From sequence record SRR20825019_433: a stretch of 39,915 bases of DNA; one strand, written 5' to 3'. Position numbers and translations under genes: made by a program. Of this stretch, positions 8,370 to 18,427 are shown piece by piece (the first letter of the stretch is position 1; each line of letters starts with the position of its first letter). The notes under the pieces are model-generated. The model did no database searches, was not told the origin of the DNA, and was given only the letters and a program-made list of their open reading frames with translations.

Positions 8370-9383
8370 TTACGTTCCGGCAGTCGCTAGCGCCGGCCAG
8401 CGATTCGTGCCGACCTTGCCTGCTTTGACCCGTTCGTAAGTCCGGCGCCTCTCCACGTATTCCTCATAGGAAGTTACTGTCGAAGGATCCTCCAAGCTGC
8501 GCACCACGAAATCGGCATCAGGCGGATAACACGCGATCTGCACTTTGTCGTAAAACTCAGGATCAGGATTCCCTTCCTCATCGATTACTTTTGGCATCAT
8601 CCCGATATTATTGGGCGCATCGATCCCCTGGTAACGCAGATCGAGGCTCCAGCGAATATGATCGGAGTAATTAGGCGTCGAACAGTGCGGCGTGCGATTG
8701 GTCATGAAGACCACCCCACCCCGGGGACATACGGCGGCTATCGATTTCCGGGGGTCATCCGGCAGGTCTTCATCGCGAATCACAAAGAATCCCTGATTTC
8801 CTCCGGTGTGGTGCTTAGCCACTTCTCCCTGATGTGTCTTGGGGAGAATCTGCATACAGCCGTTTTCGACCGTCGCATCGACCAGTGGCATCCAACACGT
8901 GATGATCATCGACTTGTCACAGTGTTCCGCAAAATAACCGCTATCCTGGTGCCAAGGCACCACGCCACGTCCGATATTCGGCAGCTTGGGCCGCACCCGA
9001 TAAACCGAAGACGCGACCACTTCCTGAGTCCCGAGGAGATCTGAAACCGCGTCGATCAATTCCTTATGCACGAGCATATTGAAAATTTCCGGGCCGTTCA
9101 CCCCACCCCCACTGCGGCCTTCGAGATCACGCAAGATCGCCTCGCCATTCTCCTTCGAATCACGGTGAATCGCCGCCATCCTCCGCTCAAAATCGAGCTC
9201 AGCATGGAGGTTCTCGAGCTTGCCGTCCGCATAAAGCTCATTGGCCTTCTCATCGATCATCCGCTCCATCGCCTGACGAATCGGCTCCAAATCGGCGGGA
9301 TCAAAGACATCCGGCACGATCACGTAACCTTCCTCATGGAATTGGCGCACTTGTTCCGGGGTAAGCTTTTCAGGGAGATTCAT
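8370..9383 (-). CDS. Phytanoyl-CoA dioxygenase (PhyH) family Fe(II)/2-oxoglutarate oxygenase
   Basis: LTPEQVRQFHEEGY, PWHQDSGY (HxD), WMPLVDATVENGCM, TPHCS, RWSLDLRY. Confidence 0.9.
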   Translation of the reverse strand: MNLPEKLTPEQVRQFHEEGYVIVPDVFDPADLEPIRQAMERMIDEKANELYADGKLENLHAELDFERRMAAIHRDSKENGEAILRDLEGRSGGGVNGPEIFNMLVHKELIDAVSDLLGTQEVVASSVYRVRPKLPNIGRGVVPWHQDSGYFAEHCDKSMIITCWMPLVDATVENGCMQILPKTHQGEVAKHHTGGNQGFFVIRDEDLPDDPRKSIAAVCPRGGVVFMTNRTPHCSTPNYSDHIRWSLDLRYQGIDAPNNIGMMPKVIDEEGNPDPEFYDKVQIACYPPDADFVVRSLEDPSTVTSYEEYVERRRTYERVKAGKVGTNRWPALATAGT

Positions 9384-9391
9384 TTGCCGGA

Positions 9392-9420
9392 AATATGCCC
9401 GAAATACGGCTCGGATGCAA
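9392..9420 (-). promoter_or_regulatory. Candidate sigma70 promoter for the PhyH gene (near-leaderless)
   Basis: Minus strand reads TTGCAT-N17-CATATT-N8-ATG. Confidence 0.55.
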
Positions 9421-9427
9421 TAGGTCG

Positions 9428-9448
9428 AAACCCACTTTTAGTGGTTTT
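9428..9448. promoter_or_regulatory. Inverted repeat just upstream of the -35 box; candidate transcription-factor site
   Basis: aaacccact-ttt-agtggtttt, 8 of 9 positions paired, in an AT-rich patch. Confidence 0.35.
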
Positions 9449-9478
9449 TAATCACTATATCTTAAAGTGCACCTGCAC

Positions 9479-9509
9479 AAAAATGGCCGACTTAATACCG
9501 TCGGCCATT
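9479..9509 (-). terminator. Intrinsic terminator after the rhamnose isomerase gene
   Basis: Stem aatggccgac/gtcggccatt with an 8-nt loop, running into a short T tract on the minus strand. Confidence 0.7.
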
Positions 9510-9537
9510 CTGAAAAAGCTAAACTGAGGTTGGCTGT

Positions 9538-10737
9538 TTACGCGAAGCTGCCTCCGCGCTCGACACCCATTTCCTTGCGGCGACGATTGCGATCTGCGGC
9601 GGCCTTTTTCTCGTAGCCTTGCTTGCGATGCTCCGCGAGCGGATCGGCGGGCAGTTTGTTGCTCTTACGATACTTCGCGAGCGCAGGCGCGACGTCGGTA
9701 TTGTAGGCTTGCTTGAGCACGTTTTCCGCATCGAGAACGTTGTTCTTCGCCTGGGCCTTGCGCAGCGCGGCGTGGTCCACAATCGCGGCCTTGGCGTAGA
9801 GCTCTTGGGCGGTGGTGACCGTTTGAATCATCGCCTCAATCTTGGGCTTCAAGTTGTGACACTGGTCCACCATGTAAGCGATCTTCGGCATCTTGCCCTT
9901 ATCGGCCGCATAGAAGTGGATTTCGTGGAAGATCCGGAAGATCTGATACGGATCGATCGAGCCGAGGGTCAGATCGTCATCGGCATACTTGCGATCATTG
10001 AAGTGGAATCCACCGAGCATGTCCTCGTCGAGTAACCACGCGACGATCTGTTCAATGTTCGTTGCGTTGTAGTGATGGCCCGTGTCCACGAGCACCTTGG
10101 CGCGGGGACCGGCCTTTTTCGAGTAGAGATAAGCCATGCCCCAGTCCGCGATATCGGTCGCGTAGAAGGCGGGTTCGAAAGGTTTGTATTCGACGAGCAT
10201 CGTCTGCTTGGGGCTCATCTTCTTGTGCAGTGCCTTGAGACTCTGCTCGAAGTAACCCTTGCGCTCACGGATACTGCCCTGACCGGGATAGTTCGTGCCG
10301 TCGGCAAACCACAGCGAAAGATACTCGCTCTTCACCGCTTTCATGATCTCGACGGAATCGACGCAATGCGCGAGGGCTTGCTCGCGAATCTTCGGATCGT
10401 TGTGGCCAAAGGAGCCGTATTTGTATTCCTGATCCTGAAACAGATTCGGGTTAATCGCTCCGAGCTTGATGCCGTGCTTGGCCGCCATCCGGGCGGTCTT
10501 GCGGGGATCCTCGCCTTTGACAAAATCCCACAACACGTGAGTCGCCACGGTGGGACAGCAGCCGGTCAGCGCGTGCACTTGGCCGGCATCCGCGAGTTTA
10601 TCGTTGGTATCGATGGCGGCGGCATCCTGGAAAAATTTTCCGAATCGCGTGCCGGTATCGGCAAAGCCCCAACTGGGCGTTTCTACTTTGAAGGTGTCCA
10701 GCGCTTCGACGGCGCGACGTAGGGTTTTTGGCGTCAT
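9538..10737 (-). CDS. rhaI: L-rhamnose isomerase (RhaI type, xylose-isomerase-like TIM barrel)
   Basis: ETPSWGFADTGTRF, LWFADGTNYPGQ, VEYKPFEPAFY, VDTGHH, GFHFNDRKYADDDL, MVDQCHNLKPKIE. Confidence 0.88.
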   Translation of the reverse strand: MTPKTLRRAVEALDTFKVETPSWGFADTGTRFGKFFQDAAAIDTNDKLADAGQVHALTGCCPTVATHVLWDFVKGEDPRKTARMAAKHGIKLGAINPNLFQDQEYKYGSFGHNDPKIREQALAHCVDSVEIMKAVKSEYLSLWFADGTNYPGQGSIRERKGYFEQSLKALHKKMSPKQTMLVEYKPFEPAFYATDIADWGMAYLYSKKAGPRAKVLVDTGHHYNATNIEQIVAWLLDEDMLGGFHFNDRKYADDDLTLGSIDPYQIFRIFHEIHFYAADKGKMPKIAYMVDQCHNLKPKIEAMIQTVTTAQELYAKAAIVDHAALRKAQAKNNVLDAENVLKQAYNTDVAPALAKYRKSNKLPADPLAEHRKQGYEKKAAADRNRRRKEMGVERGGSFA

Positions 10738-10812
10738 GACCCATAGTTATGGCGCAAGGTCGCAGGCAAAGTCAGTTCAGAAATGCAACTCCTCTCATTT
10801 TCGCCCAACAGC

Positions 10813-10842
10813 TTGCCAGCCTATGATCCCCTCCTCCAAGCT
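10813..10842 (+). promoter_or_regulatory. Candidate leaderless promoter for a small ORF
   Basis: TTGCCA-N18-CAAGCT-N6-ATG(10849). Confidence 0.4.
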
Positions 10843-10848
10843 GCGCCC

Positions 10849-10998
10849 ATGTGTGATGATTGTCTGCGTTTGGGATCCCCATGGGTGCCCGGTCTCCATC
10901 AAGACCAGCCGCCTCCGCGCCCTCGAGCCCGACGCAAACCCACCGCCACGAAACCTGCGGCGAAGCCGACCGCGAAACGCAGATCGCGTAAGCCGTAG
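10849..10998 (+). CDS. Small hypothetical protein (49 aa) with N-terminal CxxC and a Lys/Arg/Pro/Ala-rich tail
   Basis: MCDDCLRLGSPWVPGLHQDQ...KPTATKPAAKPTAKRRSRKP. Fills an otherwise empty gap and has a plausible promoter. Confidence 0.5.
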   Translation: MCDDCLRLGSPWVPGLHQDQPPPRPRARRKPTATKPAAKPTAKRRSRKP

Positions 10999-11055
10999 GC
11001 ACTTCTCCTCGCCGACCGCACAAGTATCCTATTCTGCACCTAGGAAACCGTCGAA

Positions 11056-11158
11056 TCGGAGTCTCGTGATCCTATGGGGCACGCCCTTACGGAGCTCAGA
11101 CCTCCGATCAACTTCTAATCATCACCAGACTCATTGGAGGGACGAGCTCTGCGAGACC
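11056..11158. repeat. Degenerate GGAG-type REP-like cluster (three ~25-bp units)
   Basis: 11056-11080 and 11083-11107 form an imperfect inverted pair. 11135-11158 (tggagggacgagctctgcgagacc) resembles the reverse complement of the second unit. Confidence 0.45.
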
Positions 11159-11173
11159 GCATCAATGCACGAT

Positions 11174-11697
11174 CTAACCGGACCGATACGATTTCTCTGT
11201 TGCTTCCAGAAAGTCCCGAACTGCTTTTCGCGAGTTAAGCACGAACACCTTTTTGCTTTCCTGAAAAACACGTATTTTCTGCATGATTTCGGGTTTTCTC
11301 ACTTTGGGGTAATCCCAAATCCATCGCAGAAACTCACGCGTAATTCGCTCCTCGCAGCCGGCTGCCATATCAGGGCGAGTTTTGTTTCTGTAGCGAAATG
11401 ATCGCCTTAACGCTCTGAAAAGACAGAGCGATCGGGATAGGTCGAGAAGATCACCGTATCACATGCCGCGAGTCTGAGATCCATCGTCCCACCGTAGTTA
11501 CCATCGATGATCCATTTGGGCTGGGTGCAAATTCCATTCTGAATTGCTTCCCATTTCCCTTTTCCCGTCTCAATCCATCCGGGATTCCAAAACAGTTTAT
11601 CGAGGTGAAAGACGGGCAGATCGAGGGCCAAGCCCAATTGAATCGCGAGTGTGGATTTTCCAGAGCCGCCTGATCCGATGATCGCGATTTTTTTCAT
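11174..11697 (-). pseudogene. flaR: FlaR / topology modulation protein (adenylate-kinase-like P-loop), frameshifted
   Basis: MKKIAIIGSGGSGKST..HLDKLFW..WIIDGNY..DTVIF continues in another frame as LDLSRSLCLFRALRR..TRPDMAAGCEE..FLRWIWDY. One base is missing near 11444-11448. Confidence 0.85.
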
Positions 11698-11711
11698 CCC
11701 GTTGCCGTGAC

Positions 11712-13355
11712 TCAGACCAACTCGTCCGGAGGCTTCACAAAGACAATCATCGTTCGCGCGAGAATCACCAAACCGGCGCAAAGCAGCACGAACCAGTCCC
11801 CGTGTTTCACGTAAAAACTGGTAAAGCCAATCCAACGCGTGTCGCGGCTGATCGAAACCAGCTTCGAACCGCGAAAGAAGATGCTATCTTCTTCGTTTAA
11901 CAACACATCGCGCACGTTGCCGAATTCATCGATCCAACCGCTCCAGCCACCATTGCCCACCCGCACGACCGGACGTCGTGTTTCCACTGCGCGGAGCACC
12001 GAATGCGCCATGTGCTGATAAGACATCGCGTCACCGAACCAGCCATTGTTGCTATGCACGGTGAGAACTTCCGCCCCTCCCATCACGCTCCGACGAGCGA
12101 GCTGCGGATAAATGTCTTCATAGCAAATCAAAGGCCCCACTGTGACGACCCCGCGTTCCCAGGGAATGGTCAGCGGATGAGAATCTTTCCCCGCCTGAAA
12201 ATCGCCTCCGACCTCCACGACCTTATTCACAATTCCGCCCAAAATCGGCCGCAGCGGCACGTATTCCCCGTAAGGCACCAAATGACGTTTTGCATAATAG
12301 CCCGTGAAGAGTCCGTCGTTCGGAGTGACCGCAAAGACGCCGTTATACCACGCCTCAGTCGGCTCTCCCAAATCTTCGATCCCAATCGAACCGAGCAAAA
12401 GCGGACGTTTCGTGCGGGCCGAAAGCGATTCGACGAAGGCCTTCATATCTTCGCTCCGATTCACCGCCCACGGCGTCACCGCCTCCGGCCATAAAATGAT
12501 ATCGGGCTGCCTTAGGGCAGCTTTCAGCGTCAAACGCTCCAGCGTCTCGATGATTTTCATCCCCTCCGCCGGATCCCATTTTACCGATTGCGGCACGTAG
12601 GGTTGCACGAGCGAAAGCCGTAACCACGGCTGACGGTGCTGACTGAATACTTCGGGCAAAAGCGGGAAGGTCGTAAACATCAGCGCCAGCAATGCCGCCA
12701 TAAACTCAGGACTGCGTCGTTTGAGTCCTTTGTGCTTTTCGCGGATCAAACGGAAACCATAGGCCGCGAATCCCAGATTGAAAAAGATCAACACGAAGGA
12801 AACGCCATACGCACCGGTGTAGGCCGAGATCTGTAGTAAGATCGAACGATCCCACTGACTCGCGGACAACGGCAGCCACGGGTGTCCGCTCAACAGCCAG
12901 GTGCGACTCCATTCAGCGACGACCCAAAGTGCGGCCAAACCGACCATTCCCAACACCCGCATCATCGGAGCATGAGGATGAATCCGTGGGATCGCCCACC
13001 ACACCGCCAAATACCAAACTCCGATCCAGACGCCGACCAACGGTCCTAATCCAAGCAGTCCGAGCCAAGTCGCGCTGTGCAACCATCCGAGGATAATCGT
13101 CCAAGCGACACACTGCGCCCCCAGCATCGTCCACGCATAGAGCTTGAATGAGGGTCGCAAATACGCCCAAAAAATTGCGGGTGCCGCAAAAGCGTAAGCA
13201 AACTCGGGAGTCGCAAACGGCGGAAATGAAAACACCGTGAGCAACACCGTGGCGACAAACACACAAACCGCCCAGACGGCCGATTCGTGATCCCGCCAGA
13301 ACGACGGTTGCTCGGCGTAGGGATCGTCTTCCAGAGGAATGCGGAGATCAGACAC
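11712..13355 (-). CDS. lnt: Apolipoprotein N-acyltransferase
   Basis: Multiple TM helices; WPEA, YAKRHLVPYGEYVP and ICYED supply the E-K-C triad; NNGWFG, LRAVETRR. Confidence 0.95.
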   Translation of the reverse strand: MSDLRIPLEDDPYAEQPSFWRDHESAVWAVCVFVATVLLTVFSFPPFATPEFAYAFAAPAIFWAYLRPSFKLYAWTMLGAQCVAWTIILGWLHSATWLGLLGLGPLVGVWIGVWYLAVWWAIPRIHPHAPMMRVLGMVGLAALWVVAEWSRTWLLSGHPWLPLSASQWDRSILLQISAYTGAYGVSFVLIFFNLGFAAYGFRLIREKHKGLKRRSPEFMAALLALMFTTFPLLPEVFSQHRQPWLRLSLVQPYVPQSVKWDPAEGMKIIETLERLTLKAALRQPDIILWPEAVTPWAVNRSEDMKAFVESLSARTKRPLLLGSIGIEDLGEPTEAWYNGVFAVTPNDGLFTGYYAKRHLVPYGEYVPLRPILGGIVNKVVEVGGDFQAGKDSHPLTIPWERGVVTVGPLICYEDIYPQLARRSVMGGAEVLTVHSNNGWFGDAMSYQHMAHSVLRAVETRRPVVRVGNGGWSGWIDEFGNVRDVLLNEEDSIFFRGSKLVSISRDTRWIGFTSFYVKHGDWFVLLCAGLVILARTMIVFVKPPDELV

Positions 13356-13360
13356 GCGGA

Positions 13361-16351
13361 TTATTTGCCGTGGCAGTGTTTAAATTTCTTACCGCTCCCA
13401 CAGGGGCACGGCTCGTTGCGACCCACTTTCGGCGTATCACGACGCACAATCACTTTGGGTAATTCCACTTCGCTATCGCCCGACGAGGCCGCCGCCGGTT
13501 GGCCTCCGGGAAGACCTTGGGGCGCCGCGGCCGGCGCCGGCGCATCCGCCGGACCTTCGGCTTTCACCGTGCGGCCGAGAATCGCGAGCATGTTTTCAAA
13601 CGCGTCAATATTCGAGGCACTGCGGAACAGGCCGGTGCAAATCTGCAACCGCACGTTGTTCATCAGCTCTTCAAAGTAAGTGTAGGCCTCGCCCTTGTAT
13701 TCCACGAGCGGATCCTTCTGACCGTAGCTTCGCAGCCCCACCGACCGCCGCAGCTCTTCCATCTCGGTGAGATGCTCCTGCCAGTGATGATCAATCGCGT
13801 GGATAATCACGTAGCGTTCCAAGGATGCGAGAGCCTCCGGTTGCTCGACCGTTTCCTTAACACCGTAAGCTTTGCGGATGCGTTCGACGATATGAGTCGC
13901 CTTCGCATCGAGATCGCCGGATTGGAGTTCGTCGGCTTTCAGGCTGATGGGGAAATGGGTGTTTACCCATCCGATCAGATGATCGACTTCGGTCTCCGCC
14001 GGATTGCTTTTTTCACCGAAGCCGGCGGTTTCCAGACGAAGAATAATCTCTTCCTCAACCTGTTCGAAAATAATGTCCTTGGGACGCTCGGAATGGATCG
14101 CCGCATTGCGAATCCCGTAAACCACTTCGCGCTGCTGATTGAGCACATCGTCGTATTGAAGGAGACGCTTACGAACCGAGAAATTTTGCTGCTCGACCTT
14201 TTTCTGGGCCGATTCAATCGACCGGTTGAGCCACGGATGCTCGAGTTCCTCGCCTTCCTTCATCGTGCCTTCCATCATGCGGGAGGCCAGATTACCCTGC
14301 AGGAAGAGCCGCATCAGCGTGTCTTCGAGCGAGAGGAAAAACTTCGTCATGCCGGGATCGCCCTGACGCGAGCAACGACCGCGCAACTGACGGTCGACGC
14401 GACGTGATTCGTGACGCTCAGTGCCGAGGACGTAAAGACCACCGGCCTCGCGCACCCCTTCGCCGAGTTTAATATCGGTGCCGCGACCGGCCATATTGGT
14501 CGCAATCGTGACTGCCCCACGCAGACCCGCACGGGTCACAATCTCGGCTTCCTGTTGGTGAAATTTCGCGTTGAGCACGGTGTGCACGATTCCCGCGCGC
14601 TTGAGCAAACGGGAAAGCACTTCGGAAGATTCCACCGTCACGGTGCCGACGAGCACGGGCTGACCACGCTTGTTGGCTTCCTGAATCTCCCGCACCACTG
14701 CGTTAAATTTATCGCGCCGCGTTTTGAAGATGGAGTCGTTGTTATCGATCCGGATACAGGGTTTGTTGGTCGGGATCACCTGCACGCCGAGCTTGTAGAT
14801 ATCCTGAAACTCCGCGGCTTCGGTTTCCGCGGTGCCGGTCATACCCGCCAACTTCTCATACATGCGGAAGTAATTTTGAATCGTGATCGTCGCGTAGGTG
14901 CGGGTCTCACGCTCAATCGTCACCCCTTCCTTCGCTTCAATCGCTTGGTGAAGTCCATCAGACCAGCGGCGACCGGGCATCACGCGCCCCGTGTTCTCAT
15001 CCACGATGTTCACCTTGCCATCCTGCACGACATATTCGACGTCACGGTCATAGATGGAATAAGCACGCAGGAGTTGCGAAATCGCGTGAATTTCTTCGGA
15101 AATTTCTGCGAAACGCTTCTGCGCCTCGACCTTCATCTCTTCACGCTTCTCGGGAGTTTCCGCAGCGTTTTCGCGGTCGAGATCGGAGTATTCCGTCGCG
15201 AGATCGGGCAGCACGAAGGCATCGGGATTATCCGGACGCAACAGGTGACGACCACGCTCGGTGAGGTCGGCCTGCTGCTGGCGCTCATCGATTCCGTAAA
15301 ATAACTCTTCCTTGAGTTTGTAGAGCTCGGGCTTGTTGAAATCGGAATTCATTTCCGTTTCCGTCTTATCGAGCATTTTTCGCCACTCTTGTTTCTCCTG
15401 GATGCGAAGCAGCAACTTGTTCTTCGGGTTGCCCATCTTCACCTGCAAGAGCTTGAGGGCCGCCTCGCGAAGATCTTCCGGTGAAGGATCAGGCTTGTCC
15501 AAGATCCCCTTGGCATCGGACACGATCTTGTTACAGAGGCGAAGTTGTTCGCTAACCAGTGAGCTGACCGCAGGACGCAATCGGGTAAACGGCTGTTCGC
15601 GTTCGATCGGGGCCGGTCCGGAAATAATCAGCGGAGTGCGGGCCTCGTCCACGAGGATCGAATCGATTTCATCGACGATGCAAAACCAGTGGTCGCGTTG
15701 CACCTGATCGTCCTTGCGGGTGGCCATGCCGTTGTCGCGCAAATAATCGAAACCAAATTCACTCGCCGTTCCATAAGTGATATCGCGGCCATACATCTCG
15801 CGCCGCTCAGCGGAGGGCATCGATTGCTGAATGCAGCCCACCGACACATCGAGGAAATTATAGAGATGCGCCATCCATTCGGAGTCACGTCGCGCGAGGT
15901 AATCATTCACCGTGACCAACTGCGTGTTTTCTCCGGTCAACGAATTCAGATAAAGCGGGAGCGTCGCAACCAAGGTCTTACCCTCACCCGTCGCCATTTC
16001 GGAAATCTTCCCTTCATGCAGCGCCATGCCACCGATCAACTGCACATCGAAATGCACCATATCCCATGTGAGATCCTGATCGCAGACGACGACGGGAGAG
16101 CCGCACATCCGACGCGCGGCATTCTTCACGGTCGCAAAGGCTTCCGGCAGGATTTCGTTCAGCGTCGCATGCTTATCTTCTGCCGCCGCGATGCGTTGAC
16201 GGAATTCGGCCGTTTTGGCCCGTAATTCATCGTCGGACAACGACTGATAGGACTGTTCCAACTCGTTGATGCGCTCGACCACCGGGCGACATTTCTCGAG
16301 AAACTTCTTATTGTGCCGACCGGCAAACCGTTTGAACAGAAAGTTAAGCAT
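13361..16351 (-). CDS. secA: Preprotein translocase ATPase SecA
   Basis: [55 protein letters not shown]-terminal [13 protein letters not shown]. Start trimmed to MLNFLFK. Confidence 0.98.
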   Translation of the reverse strand: MLNFLFKRFAGRHNKKFLEKCRPVVERINELEQSYQSLSDDELRAKTAEFRQRIAAAEDKHATLNEILPEAFATVKNAARRMCGSPVVVCDQDLTWDMVHFDVQLIGGMALHEGKISEMATGEGKTLVATLPLYLNSLTGENTQLVTVNDYLARRDSEWMAHLYNFLDVSVGCIQQSMPSAERREMYGRDITYGTASEFGFDYLRDNGMATRKDDQVQRDHWFCIVDEIDSILVDEARTPLIISGPAPIEREQPFTRLRPAVSSLVSEQLRLCNKIVSDAKGILDKPDPSPEDLREAALKLLQVKMGNPKNKLLLRIQEKQEWRKMLDKTETEMNSDFNKPELYKLKEELFYGIDERQQQADLTERGRHLLRPDNPDAFVLPDLATEYSDLDRENAAETPEKREEMKVEAQKRFAEISEEIHAISQLLRAYSIYDRDVEYVVQDGKVNIVDENTGRVMPGRRWSDGLHQAIEAKEGVTIERETRTYATITIQNYFRMYEKLAGMTGTAETEAAEFQDIYKLGVQVIPTNKPCIRIDNNDSIFKTRRDKFNAVVREIQEANKRGQPVLVGTVTVESSEVLSRLLKRAGIVHTVLNAKFHQQEAEIVTRAGLRGAVTIATNMAGRGTDIKLGEGVREAGGLYVLGTERHESRRVDRQLRGRCSRQGDPGMTKFFLSLEDTLMRLFLQGNLASRMMEGTMKEGEELEHPWLNRSIESAQKKVEQQNFSVRKRLLQYDDVLNQQREVVYGIRNAAIHSERPKDIIFEQVEEEIILRLETAGFGEKSNPAETEVDHLIGWVNTHFPISLKADELQSGDLDAKATHIVERIRKAYGVKETVEQPEALASLERYVIIHAIDHHWQEHLTEMEELRRSVGLRSYGQKDPLVEYKGEAYTYFEELMNNVRLQICTGLFRSASNIDAFENMLAILGRTVKAEGPADAPAPAAAPQGLPGGQPAAASSGDSEVELPKVIVRRDTPKVGRNEPCPCGSGKKFKHCHGK

Positions 16352-16362
16352 GAGGAGCGAAG

Positions 16363-16390
16363 ACCATACCGCTGTCGTTCCCCTTGGCAA
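16363..16390 (-). promoter_or_regulatory. Candidate secA promoter
   Basis: Minus strand reads TTGCCA-N16-TATGGT, 11 nt before the ATG. Confidence 0.5.
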
Positions 16391-16411
16391 ATCGCAAATC
16401 GCAGAGTGTCT

Positions 16412-18427
16412 TTACCAGCGTAATCGGATCCTATTTTCAGACACTCCGGGGTCGTGTCTGAGCGAGAGGCGTTTCGTCGCACATTTCACCCCATAAGAGG
16501 GAGAAATCCACGCCTCCACAGCCTGCCACACTCCTCTCTCGGTCTCGATTCTCAGTTCTATATCACCATGCCCGATCACCACGACACCCGCCTCATTTGA
16601 GACAAGTTCACAATCAGGGTGAAGCGTGAGACAGAAACTCAGCGCTGGAATAACCCCTTCCGCACCAGTCGAAACAAAGAAATCCCGCACCTCATACACG
16701 CGCTGCGACTCATCCAGTTCGATCCTGCGCCGATGGATCACGGGATTCGACAATCGCTCGTAGCCATGATGCTGGGCTTCGAAGGTCGCCTGCCCCTCCG
16801 TCGCGCTCCAGTGCAACACTTCGCATTTCGTATCGTCGTGACACCCCCACCATGGCGAATCCACCAACGGACGATTCTGCGGTTCACCATCAACACACAC
16901 CGTATTGTGAACCTCGACCGAACGATAGAGATCACGGTAATGCTTACTCGCCGTATAAACATAGATCCCCGGATCGACGATGAAATCGAGTTTCCCCACT
17001 GAAAACGTGAACGACAATTTATCATCGTGCGCATGGCCTCCGCCACCATCCGTGCCAATCGGCCCGGCAAAGATCGCACTGTATACGGACTCGCTTTTCA
17101 TCAGGTAAAAGCCCGCTTCCGGAAAAGCGCAGCTCACATGTGGCGCGGGTTGCGTCCGTAAACGGAGCTTCGGCTCATGCAACAGACATTGCGCCATGGA
17201 CAGCTCAGCACTGCCAAAGTCGTCCGGCCAAAGTGTCTCATCCTCAAACAAAGCCGCGCCCAAGCAGCATAGAAAACGCCAATCGCATTCGTGATGCCCC
17301 GGTGTTTCCAGATAGAGGAACCGGCCATTATCGATATCACCGATCAGTGGAATGAGATTGTTCGGCTGTATGAGATCACGCGTGCCCCGGAACATCTTTC
17401 GCAATTTCGCAGTGCGCTCCACGCCGATATTAATTTCCAGCCATTGGGTAATCTCGGCGGGACGCTCGCAGCCAGCGATCTTCGCTGCGAGTATCAGCGG
17501 CAGGGCAAACATCTCCAAAGCGAAGGCGTGATAATTCGTCGCTGCCTCGTAATCAAATCCGTCCGTGCCTACTTGCCGATCGAGTTCAAGTTGGATTTCG
17601 CGGAGGGCCATGCGGCGCCAATTCCGCTGTTCCACATCATGCTCCAAAAGGAAACTGCTCCCCACCAATAATCCTCCCAAATCCGCCAGATAGTGATTTG
17701 GATGGATGCTCGTTTCCGCAAACTCAAGGTTGCCCGAAACGAATTCCCGATGCGCCAGCAGGCTGGCCTCAAACACCCGGGTAAAGGCGAGCTCTGCGGG
17801 ATGCTTCAAATCGATCGCCTCCCGGATGATCGCATAAGCGACAATCCAATTGGTCAGCCTGATCGCGACATTCATGTTGGCATGCCAGCCGATCCCGTAT
17901 TCGACCGGATTTGCCGACAACCAATCCAGAATCTGCGCCATCACTTCGCGTCGATAGATATCCTCTCCCGTCTCCTGCCAGGCCCGCGCCAGCACCGTGA
18001 GATGACAGCAGCGGGAAAGATCGTAAGGCACCTTCGCATCCACCCCATCGACCAGTCCGTAGCGGATCTCCGAAAAGTGCTTTAACGGATAACGGTAACC
18101 CGACTTAAAATCGATGAACCAATCGATTGGTTCGTATCCTGCTATCAATTCACTTGCGAGACTGAGCAGCCGGGATCGTTCCTGCTGCTGGGGCTCCGTC
18201 ATTCCCACCAACATCACTTCAGGAGTCACCGCCGTATCACTGTGATTTATCGATTCAAATCCACGCGCCTGCATCCCAAAGTAGACTCGAGTCCATCCAC
18301 TCCCAAGCAGATTGAATTCGTGCGCGACATAATGCTCCGCGATTTCGGTCCATGCGGCCCTCGAATCTCCTGTCGCAAAAACAGCCAGTTGCGGTGCACA
18401 AAACGGTCCTTCGGTATTCCTCGTCAT
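16412..18427 (-). CDS. Heparinase II/III family protein with alginate-lyase-like N-terminus, of the type seen in surface polysaccharide loci
   Basis: DAKVPYDLSR, WLSANP, VAIRLTNW, NHYLADLGGL, DYEAATNYH, PLIGDIDNGR, GHAHDDKLSF, DPGIYVYT, HNTV. Start trimmed to the ATG at 18427. Confidence 0.85.
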   Translation of the reverse strand: MTRNTEGPFCAPQLAVFATGDSRAAWTEIAEHYVAHEFNLLGSGWTRVYFGMQARGFESINHSDTAVTPEVMLVGMTEPQQQERSRLLSLASELIAGYEPIDWFIDFKSGYRYPLKHFSEIRYGLVDGVDAKVPYDLSRCCHLTVLARAWQETGEDIYRREVMAQILDWLSANPVEYGIGWHANMNVAIRLTNWIVAYAIIREAIDLKHPAELAFTRVFEASLLAHREFVSGNLEFAETSIHPNHYLADLGGLLVGSSFLLEHDVEQRNWRRMALREIQLELDRQVGTDGFDYEAATNYHAFALEMFALPLILAAKIAGCERPAEITQWLEINIGVERTAKLRKMFRGTRDLIQPNNLIPLIGDIDNGRFLYLETPGHHECDWRFLCCLGAALFEDETLWPDDFGSAELSMAQCLLHEPKLRLRTQPAPHVSCAFPEAGFYLMKSESVYSAIFAGPIGTDGGGGHAHDDKLSFTFSVGKLDFIVDPGIYVYTASKHYRDLYRSVEVHNTVCVDGEPQNRPLVDSPWWGCHDDTKCEVLHWSATEGQATFEAQHHGYERLSNPVIHRRRIELDESQRVYEVRDFFVSTGAEGVIPALSFCLTLHPDCELVSNEAGVVVIGHGDIELRIETERGVWQAVEAWISPSYGVKCATKRLSLRHDPGVSENRIRLRW

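Noticed and set aside
9619..11401. Long plus-strand ORFs (138, 216 and 283 aa) over rhaI
   Set aside because: Antisense shadows of a strongly codon-biased gene, with no protein motifs.
11407..11835. 142-aa ORF as a standalone gene
   Set aside because: Its first part overlaps lnt. The real coding part begins at 11697 and belongs to the frameshifted flaR-like gene.
13499..16225. Plus-strand ORFs of up to 302 aa
   Set aside because: Antisense to secA, as expected in GC-rich coding DNA.
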